The notes beneath the pieces were generated by a model that saw nothing but the letters and a program-made list of their open reading frames with translations, searched no databases and was not told where the DNA came from. This document shows positions 1-13,656 of a stretch of 64,000 bases of DNA, piece after piece. Position numbers and translations under genes: made by a program. Within the stretch, counting starts at the first letter, position 1. Each line of letters starts with the position of its first letter. Origin of the DNA: Desulfurococcales archaeon (GTDB lineage Archaea; Thermoproteota; Thermoprotei_A; Sulfolobales; Desulfurococcaceae); assembly GCA_027022365.1 (NCBI GenBank), contig JALVYU010000007.1:1-64000 (forward strand), written 5' to 3'.

Positions 1-45
1 GGGCTGCGGCCCATCAGGTAGTTGGCGGGGTAACGGCCCGCCAAG

Positions 46-84
<39 letters not shown>

Positions 85-85
85 A

Positions 86-136
<51 letters not shown>

Positions 137-236
137 CTCCGCAATGCGGGCAACCGTGACGGGGTCACCCCGAGTGCCCCCTATAAGGGGGCTTTTCCCC
201 GCTGTAGGAAGGCGGGGGAATAAGCGGGGGGCAAGT

Positions 237-284
<48 letters not shown>

Positions 285-450
285 GTTATTGGGCCTAAAG
301 CGCCCGTAGCCGGCCTGGTAAGTCCCCCTCTAAATCCCCGGGCTCAACCCGGGGGTTGGGGGGGATACTGCCAGGCTAGGGGGCGGGAGAGGCCGAGGGT
401 ACTCCCGGGGTAATGGGAGACTCTCGGGGACGCTTTATAAGATGCTCTAA

Positions 451-1175
<725 letters not shown>

Positions 1176-1276
1176 CGGCTGTAAACGATGCGGGCTAGGT
1201 GTTGGGCGGGCTTAGAGCCCGCCCAGTGCCGCAGGGAAGCCGTTAAGCCCGCCGCCTGGGGAGTACGGCCGCAAGG

Positions 1277-1320
<44 letters not shown>

Positions 1321-1409
1321 GCCTGCGGTTTAATTGGAGTCAACGCCGGGAACCTCACCGGGGGCGACAGCAGGATGACGGCCAGGCTAACGGCCTTGCC
1401 CGACGCGCT

Positions 1410-1441
<32 letters not shown>

Positions 1442-1449
1442 CCGTGAGG

Positions 1450-1481
<32 letters not shown>

Positions 1482-1737
1482 CCGCCCCTAGTTGCTACCC
1501 GGGGCTCCGGCCCCGGGGCACACTAGGGGGACTGCCGCCGTCCAAGGCGGAGGAAGGAGGGGGCCACGGCAGGTCAGCATGCCCCGAATCCCCCGGGCTA
1601 CACGCGGGCTACAATGGCGGGGACAGCGGGATCCGACCCCGAAAGGGGGAGGTAATCCCTCAAACCCCGCCGCAGTTGGGATCGAGGGCTGCAACTCGCC
1701 CTCGTGAACGTGGAATCCCTAGTAACCGCGCGTCATC

Positions 1738-1794
<57 letters not shown>

Positions 1795-1860
1795 GGAGGG
1801 AGGGGTGAGGCCCGGTCCCCCGGGGAAACCCGGGGGGTCGGGTCGAACCCCTCCCTCCCA

Positions 1861-1917
<57 letters not shown>

Positions 1918-2176
1918 CGCCATGCGGGCAAGGGCCGAGGCCTCCGGGCCGTGGTGGTGGATTGTCTCCCTTTGGGCCACCTCGAGGGGGCTTAGACGCT
2001 CCTCTCCTAGACCGGGGCTTGGGTCTCCAACAAGGCTTTCTGGGAAGGGGCTTACCGGCCCTGTCTTCTCGGGCTTGTCTGGCTCCTCCTATCCGATGCA
2101 GCACGGGATCGGGGGCCGGTCCCGTGCGGAGGGCGTGAACGGCCCCTGTCCGGGAAATACAATATTTATGTTTATC

Positions 2177-2260
2177 CCCGGATGGGGGCCGTGGTGAGCG
2201 CCATGGATAGGTAGGCCCTAGAGGGACTCATCCAGGAGCCCATATCAGGGGCTCCAGGGG
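2177..2260 (+). other. 5' arm of 23S pre-rRNA processing stem (pairs with about 5505-5570)
   Basis: GCCGTGGTGAGCGCCATGGATAGGTAGGCCC is the exact reverse complement of GGGCCTACCTATCCATGGCGCTCACCACGGC downstream of the 23S gene. Confidence 0.85.
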
Positions 2261-2298
2261 GCACCGGTCGAATCCGGGGCTCCGCCCCTCGTCCCCGG

Positions 2299-5424
<3,126 letters not shown>

Positions 5425-5504
5425 TACTCACCCGGGGACGCCGGGCAGCGATTCAAGGATTGTCTGCCCGGACCGGGGGCGGAGCCCCGAGATTCGAGTG
5501 TAAA

Positions 5505-5570
5505 CCCCTGAGAGCCCCGGATTGAGTGGGGCCTACCTATCCATGGCGCTCACCACGGCTCCTCCCGGAT
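5505..5570 (+). other. 3' arm of 23S pre-rRNA processing stem
   Basis: Long inverted repeat with about 2177-2260. Confidence 0.85.
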
Positions 5571-5661
5571 TATACCCTTTCCTGGCGCCTAGTCGTGGAA
5601 TAAATTTGTATCGCTGCATTTCTCCAAGTTCTCTCGAGGGTAGGGAGGATCTTATTGTTTC

Positions 5662-5732
5662 TGGCTCAGTTAGGAGAACGGTCTTCATCCCCGTTATTGC
5701 CGGGTCTGTTTACCGTCGTTTCGTCACCGCCA
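5662..5732 (-). ncRNA. Box C/D guide sRNA candidate
   Basis: Minus strand reads TGGC-G-GTGACGA(C)-AACGACGGTAAA-CAGA(D')-CCCG..CGGG hairpin-ATGAAGA(C')-CCGTTCTCCTAA-CTGA(D)-GCCA: 12-nt guides and a 4-bp terminal stem. Confidence 0.7.
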
Positions 5733-5748
5733 TGTTTTCTTTATTATA

Positions 5749-6666
5749 GTGTATCGAATAACTCTATATGTCGTGTCTTCGGAGTGTTTGTTGGTGGGCG
5801 TGTTGAAGGGGCTAGGCAAGATATTGTTGATGATGAGGCCTCCAAACAGCTTCATGACAGGTATAGGCGTCATATTCTCCTACATGGTCTATGCCGGCAG
5901 GCCTCCCCCACCATTATTGGCTGTCATAGGTTTCCTGACAGGCTACCTTGTCTGCGGAGGCAGTATGCTGATAAACGATTACGTGGACAGGCTTGTCGAC
6001 GCGGTAAACAAGCCCTGGAAACCCCTGCCCAGCGGCCAGGTTTCCCCCAGAATGGTGCTCTGGTCCAGCCTGGCGTGCTTCACAATACCAGTATTACTGA
6101 ACCTCCTGGTTTCCCCTGGCACAGTCCTTGTGGCGATAACATATGGTTTCATAGGGTACCTGTACAGCTACATGAGGCGGCACTGGTGGAGCCACTACCT
6201 CGTAGGATTATCCACTACGGGGCCAATAATATACGGTTACGTGGCGGCCGGAGCCTCAGCGGAACACCTGGTCTTCACCATCATGTTCGCGGCGACCATG
6301 ACCCTTATCTCGACCTCTAGGGAGTTCGTAAAAGCGATGCAGGACGTGGAAGGAGACAAGAGGTATGGGTACGTAACAGCAGCAATAATGTTCGGGCCGA
6401 GAAAGGCGGGAGCACTATCAGTAGCCCATGGCGTGGCGGGGCTGGCTATCGGCTTGGCGGCAGGCATAGTGGCCGGGACAAGCATATGGTATGAAGCCCT
6501 ACTACTCCTCGCGGGAATAGCGTTCACGCGCCAAGCCATTATAGCCTATAAGAACCACTGGGACAAGACGCTGCTGGAAAAAACTAGGAAGAGAATGCTG
6601 GCCTACATGATGTTAGGACTAATAGCTTTCTGGCTCAGCACCCTCCCGCCAAGAATACCCGTCTAG
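5749..6666 (+). CDS. UbiA-family prenyltransferase, probable digeranylgeranylglyceryl phosphate synthase (start may be somewhat downstream)
   Basis: RPPN N-terminal motif, Asp-rich INDYVDRLVDAVNKP and KAMQDVEGD motifs, multiple TM helices. Confidence 0.85.
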   Translation: MYRITLYVVSSECLLVGVLKGLGKILLMMRPPNSFMTGIGVIFSYMVYAGRPPPPLLAVIGFLTGYLVCGGSMLINDYVDRLVDAVNKPWKPLPSGQVSPRMVLWSSLACFTIPVLLNLLVSPGTVLVAITYGFIGYLYSYMRRHWWSHYLVGLSTTGPIIYGYVAAGASAEHLVFTIMFAATMTLISTSREFVKAMQDVEGDKRYGYVTAAIMFGPRKAGALSVAHGVAGLAIGLAAGIVAGTSIWYEALLLLAGIAFTRQAIIAYKNHWDKTLLEKTRKRMLAYMMLGLIAFWLSTLPPRIPV

Positions 6667-7649
6667 ACACCGAATATCTCGTTAACCATTGACTTATACC
6701 TGTGAATACTCTCGGTAGCCAGTGGATCCAAGCCCCTCATCCTAGCTAGCCTCACACTGGCGAGACCCATGACTAGACTACCATACATGAGCTTCTCGAG
6801 ATCGCTCGCGCCCCTGAGCTCCAGTACCTTGACGGGATATCCCAGGCCTTTGTACGTGTCTATCATGAAGTCCACGAGCCTAGAACCAGCATCATCACCG
6901 GGATCCTTGACAGCCAGTACACAAGCAGGGAACCTATAGGGTTTCTCATACCCCACAATATCATTGTGCATCCACTCGGGAGCCACATCGACCTTAACAG
7001 GGATCTTTGAGTTCTCGTTGAACTCGTTCTTGCCGCGGATCAGAAGTGCTTCCCAGGGACTATGACCAGCAATGATCAGAAGGCCCCTAGAAGACTCTAT
7101 AAAATCAGCTATATCATAGGCGGTATTCATGGCATCCCTCATAACGTCGTCGAGGAACCCTGCAACACCCTCAGCCTCACCCCTAGAAACGACTCCGAGA
7201 CCGGACGCGTCAAGCACAGATAGTATGGCGAACAACATGCTGGGCAGAGCAGTACGGGGAGCAACGCCTTTCACGACGCCGACGAACGGGATGTTCTTCT
7301 CCACAGCGAGCTTCTCGAGCAAGCCATCGCTCGACACAACAACTATTCTAGCGCCAATACGGAGCGCCTTATCGACGGCCAGCCTGGTCTCCAAAGTGTT
7401 ACCACTATAGCTTATAGCGAAGACCAGGTCATCCGACGATATGGTTCTCGGCAACAAGTGTGATTTCGACACAATCACCGGTAAACCACCTCTCAGGCTC
7501 GAGAGCATCGCCAAGTAGTCGCCGACAACACCGCTTCCACCCATACCCAGAACACCGATAACATGATACTTCCCGGGAACACCGACCTCTCCCCAGCGGC
7601 GGACAATATCCATTATCTGGTCCTTCCAGCTAAAGTACAGCTCCTCCAC
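6663..7649 (-). CDS. Bifunctional phosphoglucose/phosphomannose isomerase (SIS fold)
   Basis: GMGGSG, AISYSGNTLET, APRTALP, ENSKIP and PEWMHN motifs. Confidence 0.92.
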   Translation of the reverse strand: MEELYFSWKDQIMDIVRRWGEVGVPGKYHVIGVLGMGGSGVVGDYLAMLSSLRGGLPVIVSKSHLLPRTISSDDLVFAISYSGNTLETRLAVDKALRIGARIVVVSSDGLLEKLAVEKNIPFVGVVKGVAPRTALPSMLFAILSVLDASGLGVVSRGEAEGVAGFLDDVMRDAMNTAYDIADFIESSRGLLIIAGHSPWEALLIRGKNEFNENSKIPVKVDVAPEWMHNDIVGYEKPYRFPACVLAVKDPGDDAGSRLVDFMIDTYKGLGYPVKVLELRGASDLEKLMYGSLVMGLASVRLARMRGLDPLATESIHRYKSMVNEIFGV

Positions 7650-7728
7650 GATGCTACACCCCTAAACAATTGTTTAGTACACATCTAGTATATACGGGCA
7701 ACCACAAAAAACAAGACTGGAGGAACAC

Positions 7729-8358
7729 GTGGAGATGGTGCTCGAAGAGCTACTCGAGGGGAAATGGATCATAGAATGCCACGAGGCCTGGTTGAAGGCG
7801 GCAATAACAATAAGCCTAGCAAAGCGTCTCGCGGGAAAGAACGAGGCATTACCAGTCATAGATTACCCGGGAATACTGTACAGGATAGAGGCGAGCCTGC
7901 CGGAAAACATAGTACTACTAACACATCCTGTACAGGATATAGATCGCCTAGTGATGATAGAGCCCAGAACAATCAAGACGTACCATATTCTCCCGGAAAA
8001 CACGGTTATCCTCACAAGCCCGAGAACGATACGTAGACTCCCCAGAGACTGGTTCAAGGCCAAAATAAAACGTGTAACGGGGCATGAGTACATCATACAG
8101 GGAGACATAAACGAGAGGATAGTGCTGCTCAACAACCTCGAAATAAAAACAGTAGAAGCACCACCCGGTATCAAAGGCGAAGCACTCGAGATACTGAGGA
8201 ACGCAATAATAGATTATGGCGAACTAACCATTAAAGACGCAACAATAATACTCGCCCATGAACTAGGAATAAATAAGGGGGAGGCTAGAGAAATACTGGT
8301 AGAACTAGCCAGAAAAAGATACATTAGAGTAGAACACGGCCACGTGTATCCTCTATGA
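7729..8358 (+). CDS. Hypothetical protein with C-terminal winged-helix domain
   Basis: 209-aa ORF; C-terminal LTIKDATIILAHELGINKGEAREILVELARKRYIRV is wHTH-like. Confidence 0.7.
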   Translation: MEMVLEELLEGKWIIECHEAWLKAAITISLAKRLAGKNEALPVIDYPGILYRIEASLPENIVLLTHPVQDIDRLVMIEPRTIKTYHILPENTVILTSPRTIRRLPRDWFKAKIKRVTGHEYIIQGDINERIVLLNNLEIKTVEAPPGIKGEALEILRNAIIDYGELTIKDATIILAHELGINKGEAREILVELARKRYIRVEHGHVYPL

Positions 8359-8835
8359 TTTCCTCTCTTTGGCGAGGCTTGGATCGAACAATAAGGGGCG
8401 GAGGCTAAGCTTCTTCATCACGATATTGATGTAATCATATATAATCTCCCTTTTAACACCCATGCGCTCCGCACGCCTAACAACTATCTCCTCGACGATC
8501 GAGTATTTCTTGTAGCGCTCATTAAGATCCTTCCACGGAATACCCGTCATAGCCCTGATAACATCCTCGTCCCGCGGTATCTCGCCCTTAAGGATCATGA
8601 ATGAGATTATAGGGTAGCCGACATAACCCCTATAGATAGTGCCATTATCATTGCTATAGACATGGCCATCAGGCTTCACGACGACATAGTATGTCTTATC
8701 ACCTCTACTACTAGTCACAACAGCCTCCTCGTCGCTGAGAACCCTTACCCGGCCATCACCTATAGCCCCGGCTGCCTCCAACACCTTTATCCTAGGAGGT
8801 TTTCTCAAAGGCTTAAGACCAGGAGAGCCCGACAA
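8353..8835 (-). CDS. Conserved hypothetical protein
   Basis: 160-aa ORF (PPRIKVLEA...SNDNGT...GYP); tightly coupled to the upstream ORF. Confidence 0.75.
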   Translation of the reverse strand: MSGSPGLKPLRKPPRIKVLEAAGAIGDGRVRVLSDEEAVVTSSRGDKTYYVVVKPDGHVYSNDNGTIYRGYVGYPIISFMILKGEIPRDEDVIRAMTGIPWKDLNERYKKYSIVEEIVVRRAERMGVKREIIYDYINIVMKKLSLRPLLFDPSLAKERKS

Positions 8836-8838
8836 TAC

Positions 8839-9078
8839 CTAACCCCTCACAAGCTCAAGTACAAGAGGATCACGGGAAACAATACGTGCAACACCACTAA
8901 TCATCTGGCCAACGCCGAGCCTCAACAACTCATCATATTTCTCACGGGGCACCAACAGGTAGAACGACGCCTGCTCACCACCCACACTCCCCTGAACAAA
9001 GACGCAGGGCGAGTCAAAGCCCTCGGGGGACTCGAAACCAACAATGACACCATCAAACTCGACAGTCTCACCGCCCAT
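8839..9078 (-). CDS. Small hypothetical protein
   Basis: 79-aa beta-rich ORF ending 3 nt before the next gene. Confidence 0.6.
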   Translation of the reverse strand: MGGETVEFDGVIVGFESPEGFDSPCVFVQGSVGGEQASFYLLVPREKYDELLRLGVGQMISGVARIVSRDPLVLELVRG

Positions 9079-9256
9079 AAGGAATCCCCACTAATAATCA
9101 GTAGTGATAATCATCCATTACAATATTATCTAGCCAGCCTCAACTAATTAAAATAACCTATCAAGAATAACCGGGAACACACCACGGGACAAAGATAAGT
9201 TCTTATCCAAACAAAATACAAGAAAAATTATGGAGCACTAATACATGTTATAGAGG

Positions 9257-10162
9257 ATGAATACTATGTCCGCACCCAAAATAGAGAACGAGCTAAGCAC
9301 AGGCCTCGTCATCGCGGGCGCTTACGCCGACAAACTACGGAGAACACTATTTGCACAACTAAGAGACCTGGTGAGGAAGAACAGGGATTTCGCAAGAGAA
9401 GTGGCACGGGCAGCAGGAGAAATGAACAGGCTTATATACATCATACTCGTAGAAGAGCTGAAAAGCGATAAGGGCGACGTCGTGAGGATAAGGGTCAAAT
9501 ACGAGGTAGACACCGAAAAATGGAGGATCACATGGAAATACAACACTCTCAGAATAGAGTATTTCAAGAGATATCCGGACGAGGAGGTAAAGAAGATCAT
9601 AGATAAGATCCTCAAGGAGAAACTAGAAGAAGTTCAGGAACAATATAGAGAGGCACCTACAAGAGAGGAAGCAGAAAAGATCCTTAAAGGCGAGGTAAAA
9701 CCCGAGGAAGAATGGGAGAAAGAAGAAACCATAAGAATAATAGGCTCGACACAACCGCTCGAACGCGAAGAAGCTGTTGAGGAAAAGAAAGAAGAGAAGG
9801 AAGAGAAGCCGGAAGAGAAAACGGAGGCAGAAACAGGGGTCGAACTAGCCAGCGTATTGGGCGGCGCCGACCCGATAGGCGAAACACTTGATGGAGGCCT
9901 CGTATTCAAAATAGTAAGCACCAACGGGGACAATATCGGCGTAGCATCAGTAGAGCCCCATGCAGGCGGCTATATGATAGACTGTATAATAATACATGGT
10001 GGGAAAGCCTATAGGATCCACACAAAAGCATCTCACCAGCTAAACGAATACATGGACAATCCATCGCTCCTACTGGACGAGATAAAGAGATCTAAACCCG
10101 TAGCAATAAGTAAAGAAGACGCGGAATCACTGATAAGATCTAAGATGGAGTCTCTCGCCTAA
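9257..10162 (+). CDS. DUF2258 / ThermoDBP-related nucleic-acid-binding protein with C-terminal extension
   Basis: N-terminal ELSTGLVIAGAYADKLRRTLFAQL...KGDVVRIRV signature, then a Glu-rich linker and an additional domain. Confidence 0.8.
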   Translation: MNTMSAPKIENELSTGLVIAGAYADKLRRTLFAQLRDLVRKNRDFAREVARAAGEMNRLIYIILVEELKSDKGDVVRIRVKYEVDTEKWRITWKYNTLRIEYFKRYPDEEVKKIIDKILKEKLEEVQEQYREAPTREEAEKILKGEVKPEEEWEKEETIRIIGSTQPLEREEAVEEKKEEKEEKPEEKTEAETGVELASVLGGADPIGETLDGGLVFKIVSTNGDNIGVASVEPHAGGYMIDCIIIHGGKAYRIHTKASHQLNEYMDNPSLLLDEIKRSKPVAISKEDAESLIRSKMESLA

Positions 10163-10173
10163 ATACCTTTTAA

Positions 10174-10419
10174 TCATCTACCCATAAGCAAGGGGACAAG
10201 ATAGAGCACCAATATAATGATCAATGCTAAAACCAGTAATATAAGAGCAGTGTTTTTATTCTTAGCGAAAACAATCGGTATAGGCCCAACAATTATTACA
10301 CCACCATAATCAGTGCTCGTCCTCCCTCCACCGCTCCTAAGAGCCATGAAGCCAAAGACGATCAGGGCTAAGCCAATAATCACAAGGGTTAAGCCGAGAT
10401 AATAGGCGTCACCAACCAT
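10174..10419 (-). CDS. DUF131/TIGR00304-type small membrane protein
   Basis: GGVIIVGPIPIVF motif between two TM helices. Confidence 0.85.
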   Translation of the reverse strand: MVGDAYYLGLTLVIIGLALIVFGFMALRSGGGRTSTDYGGVIIVGPIPIVFAKNKNTALILLVLALIIILVLYLVPLLMGR

Positions 10420-10440
10420 GCCAGCCCACCATATATGCAG

Positions 10441-10505
10441 TGGTCAGGCCCGCGCGAGCTCCACATCGCCTAGCGGCTTAGGCCTTGCTAAGCATCTTCA
10501 TCCCA
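10441..10505 (-). ncRNA. Box C/D guide sRNA candidate
   Basis: Minus strand reads ATGAAGA(C)-TGCTTAGCAAGGC-CTAA(D')...ATGTGGA(C')-GCTCGCGCGGGC-CTGA(D); GC-rich intergenic island with TTTTAA about 25 nt upstream. Confidence 0.6.
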
Positions 10506-10573
10506 AGACTAAGTATTGTAGCACACCCGTTAAAACCATATCATGTACCATCAAGATTAGGGGATAAACCGGT

Positions 10574-11566
10574 ATGCCGACACGCATAGATCTCGGCGAA
10601 GCACCGGAGGGGCTGCTCGAGCTAGAAAACAACGAAATACTGGAGGAGTTCCTATTAGCTCTCGAGGCGGCCGGCGCTAGCCCGGAGACAATAAAGGCTT
10701 ATAGAGCAGCGATAACCGATTTTCTAGAATACCTCGGCGACAAGCCATTGAAACAGGTAACCATTAGAGATGTGATCAGGTGGAGAAACCAGAAGCTCAG
10801 AAAAGGCTTCAAGAAACCTAGACAAAAGGAAAAAAGGGGCTGGCAGGTAACCCTCCACTACTACACATTGTTCCTTAGAAGGTTCCTTGAATGGCTAGGA
10901 ATAAAAATAAGAATACCGGGTGTTAGGAAGCCGCCGCGAAAAATAGAGGCGCTTAGCGATGACGAGATAGAGAGAATGTATAATGCTGTACGCGACCCTC
11001 TGGACAGACTAATACTGGATCTGCTCCTCGACACGGGGCTGAGAAGCAAGGAGCTACTAGGGCTAAAGGTTAAAGACATAGACCTAAACAACCTGGTAAT
11101 AACGGTTAAAGAAACCAAGTATGGCCGCGAAAGAAAAGTAGTCATAACCCCCAAGACAGCCGAGACCATTCGTTCCTGGATAAAGCTCAGCGGGCTACGC
11201 CCCGAGGACAGACTAGTAGGTCTAACATATGCAGGCCTATACAAGAGGATAAGAAAGCTCGGTGAAAGAGCGGGTATACCTAGGGAAAAGGCGCGCCCAC
11301 ACGTACTAAGACATACATTTGCCACACGGGCACTGAGAAGAGGACTTAGCCTACCATCGCTGCAGAGGCTCCTCGGCCACACAGACATAAAGACAACACA
11401 GGTATACATGCATCTAACGATAGAAGATGTACGCAGAGAATATCTGAGCATTCTAGCAGGCAACAAGTGCCCTACATGTGGGAGAGAAGTACCGGTTGGA
11501 GCAAAATTCTGTCCCTACTGCGGTACAAAGATAAATGGTGGTAACGAAGCATTAGCCACCACTTAG
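10574..11566 (+). CDS. xerA: XerA-like tyrosine recombinase with C-terminal zinc ribbon
   Basis: TGLRSKE (R), PHVLRHTFAT (HxxR), LLGHTDIKTTQVY (H, Y); tail CPTCG...CPYCG. Confidence 0.88.
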   Translation: MPTRIDLGEAPEGLLELENNEILEEFLLALEAAGASPETIKAYRAAITDFLEYLGDKPLKQVTIRDVIRWRNQKLRKGFKKPRQKEKRGWQVTLHYYTLFLRRFLEWLGIKIRIPGVRKPPRKIEALSDDEIERMYNAVRDPLDRLILDLLLDTGLRSKELLGLKVKDIDLNNLVITVKETKYGRERKVVITPKTAETIRSWIKLSGLRPEDRLVGLTYAGLYKRIRKLGERAGIPREKARPHVLRHTFATRALRRGLSLPSLQRLLGHTDIKTTQVYMHLTIEDVRREYLSILAGNKCPTCGREVPVGAKFCPYCGTKINGGNEALATT

Positions 11567-12028
11567 CTCGTCCATGATCCTGCCGAGCAGAACCTTCAAT
11601 ACTTCCTTTCCTCTACGATTACGCTTCAAATAATGGGCCACTAGCTCTTCACCATCAGATACTGGGTAATCATCGTCATAACTACTAAGAAGATCCTCTA
11701 GTTTATCATCGAAAACAATGAATATGACATCCTCCACCGGTATACGCCACTTCTCGCTTGAACGCCTTACAATCAAAAGCTCCTGCAAATACCGGTCTTC
11801 ATCATCTACATCTTTCATCTCAACCCTATAGTACGGAGACAAGTAGTGTACAAGAACCAATGCAGCCGTTTCCCCATCCTTTATTATTGCGAACCTGGAG
11901 ACCTCGCTATGATCAAGTAGTACGGCATGTGTTCCCTCCTCAAACGTATACCCGTGTCTCTCAAGATAGCCCAGCAATCGATCTAGATCCTTTATCTCCT
12001 TACTAATGATCTTCATGCCCACAACCAC
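11552..12028 (-). CDS. Hypothetical protein
   Basis: 158-aa ORF filling the gap between xerA and the peptidase. Confidence 0.65.
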   Translation of the reverse strand: MVVGMKIISKEIKDLDRLLGYLERHGYTFEEGTHAVLLDHSEVSRFAIIKDGETAALVLVHYLSPYYRVEMKDVDDEDRYLQELLIVRRSSEKWRIPVEDVIFIVFDDKLEDLLSSYDDDYPVSDGEELVAHYLKRNRRGKEVLKVLLGRIMDELSGG

Positions 12029-12039
12029 TACATATAAAC

Positions 12040-13635
12040 ATGATGAGAACTCCTATAAAAGAATCGGTCGGAAAAATGGATGCTATAATCATCGGCGACG
12101 AGAAAATATATAGAGAAACGGTTCCTGGAACAGAGGAAGAAGAATACATCACCGATAAAATTAGGAGAGCCCTTGAGAAATACACGCATGAAGTCATAAC
12201 CGTTAAAACACCCGTCCTCTCATGGATCGAGAAAGAATGCTACCTCGGAATAAATGGCGTAGCGATTAAATGTCACGCGATGCCGTACGTGGGAAAAACA
12301 AGTATTAAAGCACCTATTACTTTCGCGAAATTCTTCCAAAAAGCTATAGTTGTTGAAAACGGGGTTATGGGCAGGATAGTCTTCGTCCCTACACCGAAAG
12401 ATCTCGACAGCATGAAATACATTGTCCTCAAACTCGCACTACTCGGCGCGATCGCGGTAGGCTTCTACGATATACTCGGCGGAAAATACCGTAGAAAAGT
12501 AATTACCGGAGGCTATTACTACAACCCCAATTACGGCTCGCCCCCACCCATACCGGTAATATCAGTGAAGCGCGAGGACACCGAAAAAATAAAGAATTAT
12601 GAAGGAAAGGCCGAGCTAGACATAGATACCATAACAAGATACACAGTTGGTAAAACCATAATAGGAGTCAAACGAGGAGCCAGCGAGAAAACCATTCACG
12701 TAACAGCACACCACGACCACTGGTTTACAGGATACCGGGACGACCTAGCAGGCGTCGAGGCAGTACTGAGACTAGCCAGGAAAATACATCGAGAAAAAAC
12801 AAAGCATAACATACAATACATATTATTCACTGCGGAGGAGTCTGGAGCCCCCAATTATGCGGACTGGTACTGGGGATGGGGAAGCAAATACTTGTTAAAC
12901 ATAATGAAAAACACGGGAGAACACGAAAACATAGTGGCGAACATAAATATTGACTGCATAGATAAAGGCATTCCGTGCTTCTCCGGGAACCCGGTGCTAC
13001 AAACATACGCGGAGCTAGCTGGGGTTAAGACGTGTGGTTATGATGACCCGGACTTCGATAGTTTTCAATATACATTGAACGGAATACCGGCCGCAACACT
13101 CGAAGAACTCGACACCATGCTAGAAATATACCATACAGACCATGATACAAGAACAAGTGCCGACCCGCAAGCCATAGATAGATACGTTGAAGCAGTATAC
13201 AAGATAATTAGTATGCTTGACACTAAGCCTCTAAGCTATGACCCGCTTAGAAAATATGTTCTAAAGAAAATAGAGGCATCGAATCTAGGTGTAGAAACCA
13301 AGAGATTGCTTGGAGTCATAGATGCTTTGGACAATAAAATAGGCGTAGAAAAAGCCGTAAAGACAGTAACATCGGCTCTGACAAACATAATCTATGAGCC
13401 AGGGATAAGCGGTCTATTTCATGCTGACATAATTCCCGAGACAGGGCTATTAGAACACGTTTTCACAGAACTCCACTATCCAGCCAGGATAAGGCTCTAC
13501 ACGTTGGACGGAGTGATTGCGGATAACGTTATCGGTGACAAAGAAGAATTCAAACGTTTTATCCGCGCGCTAGTAGAGGAAAGAATAAATCTTTATCTAG
13601 AAAAACTTGAATCCAAACTATGTATTAGCGTATGA
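12040..13635 (+). CDS. M28-family zinc aminopeptidase (start probably near 12077)
   Basis: TAHHDHW, GYRDDLAG, FTAEESG, NIDCI and YHTDHD metal ligands; PA-like insert. Confidence 0.88.
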   Translation: MMRTPIKESVGKMDAIIIGDEKIYRETVPGTEEEEYITDKIRRALEKYTHEVITVKTPVLSWIEKECYLGINGVAIKCHAMPYVGKTSIKAPITFAKFFQKAIVVENGVMGRIVFVPTPKDLDSMKYIVLKLALLGAIAVGFYDILGGKYRRKVITGGYYYNPNYGSPPPIPVISVKREDTEKIKNYEGKAELDIDTITRYTVGKTIIGVKRGASEKTIHVTAHHDHWFTGYRDDLAGVEAVLRLARKIHREKTKHNIQYILFTAEESGAPNYADWYWGWGSKYLLNIMKNTGEHENIVANINIDCIDKGIPCFSGNPVLQTYAELAGVKTCGYDDPDFDSFQYTLNGIPAATLEELDTMLEIYHTDHDTRTSADPQAIDRYVEAVYKIISMLDTKPLSYDPLRKYVLKKIEASNLGVETKRLLGVIDALDNKIGVEKAVKTVTSALTNIIYEPGISGLFHADIIPETGLLEHVFTELHYPARIRLYTLDGVIADNVIGDKEEFKRFIRALVEERINLYLEKLESKLCISV

Positions 13636-13656
13636 GAAAGTCCACGAACCGCCTAG

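Noticed and set aside
1918-2298. tRNA-Ala in the spacer, or 5S rRNA after 23S
   Set aside because: No cloverleaf or 5S motifs seen; their absence is normal in Crenarchaea. The hairpins are explained as processing stems.
10574-11566. Integrated virus or plasmid around the tyrosine recombinase
   Set aside because: Flanked by housekeeping-type genes, no att duplication or split tRNA; fits chromosomal XerA.
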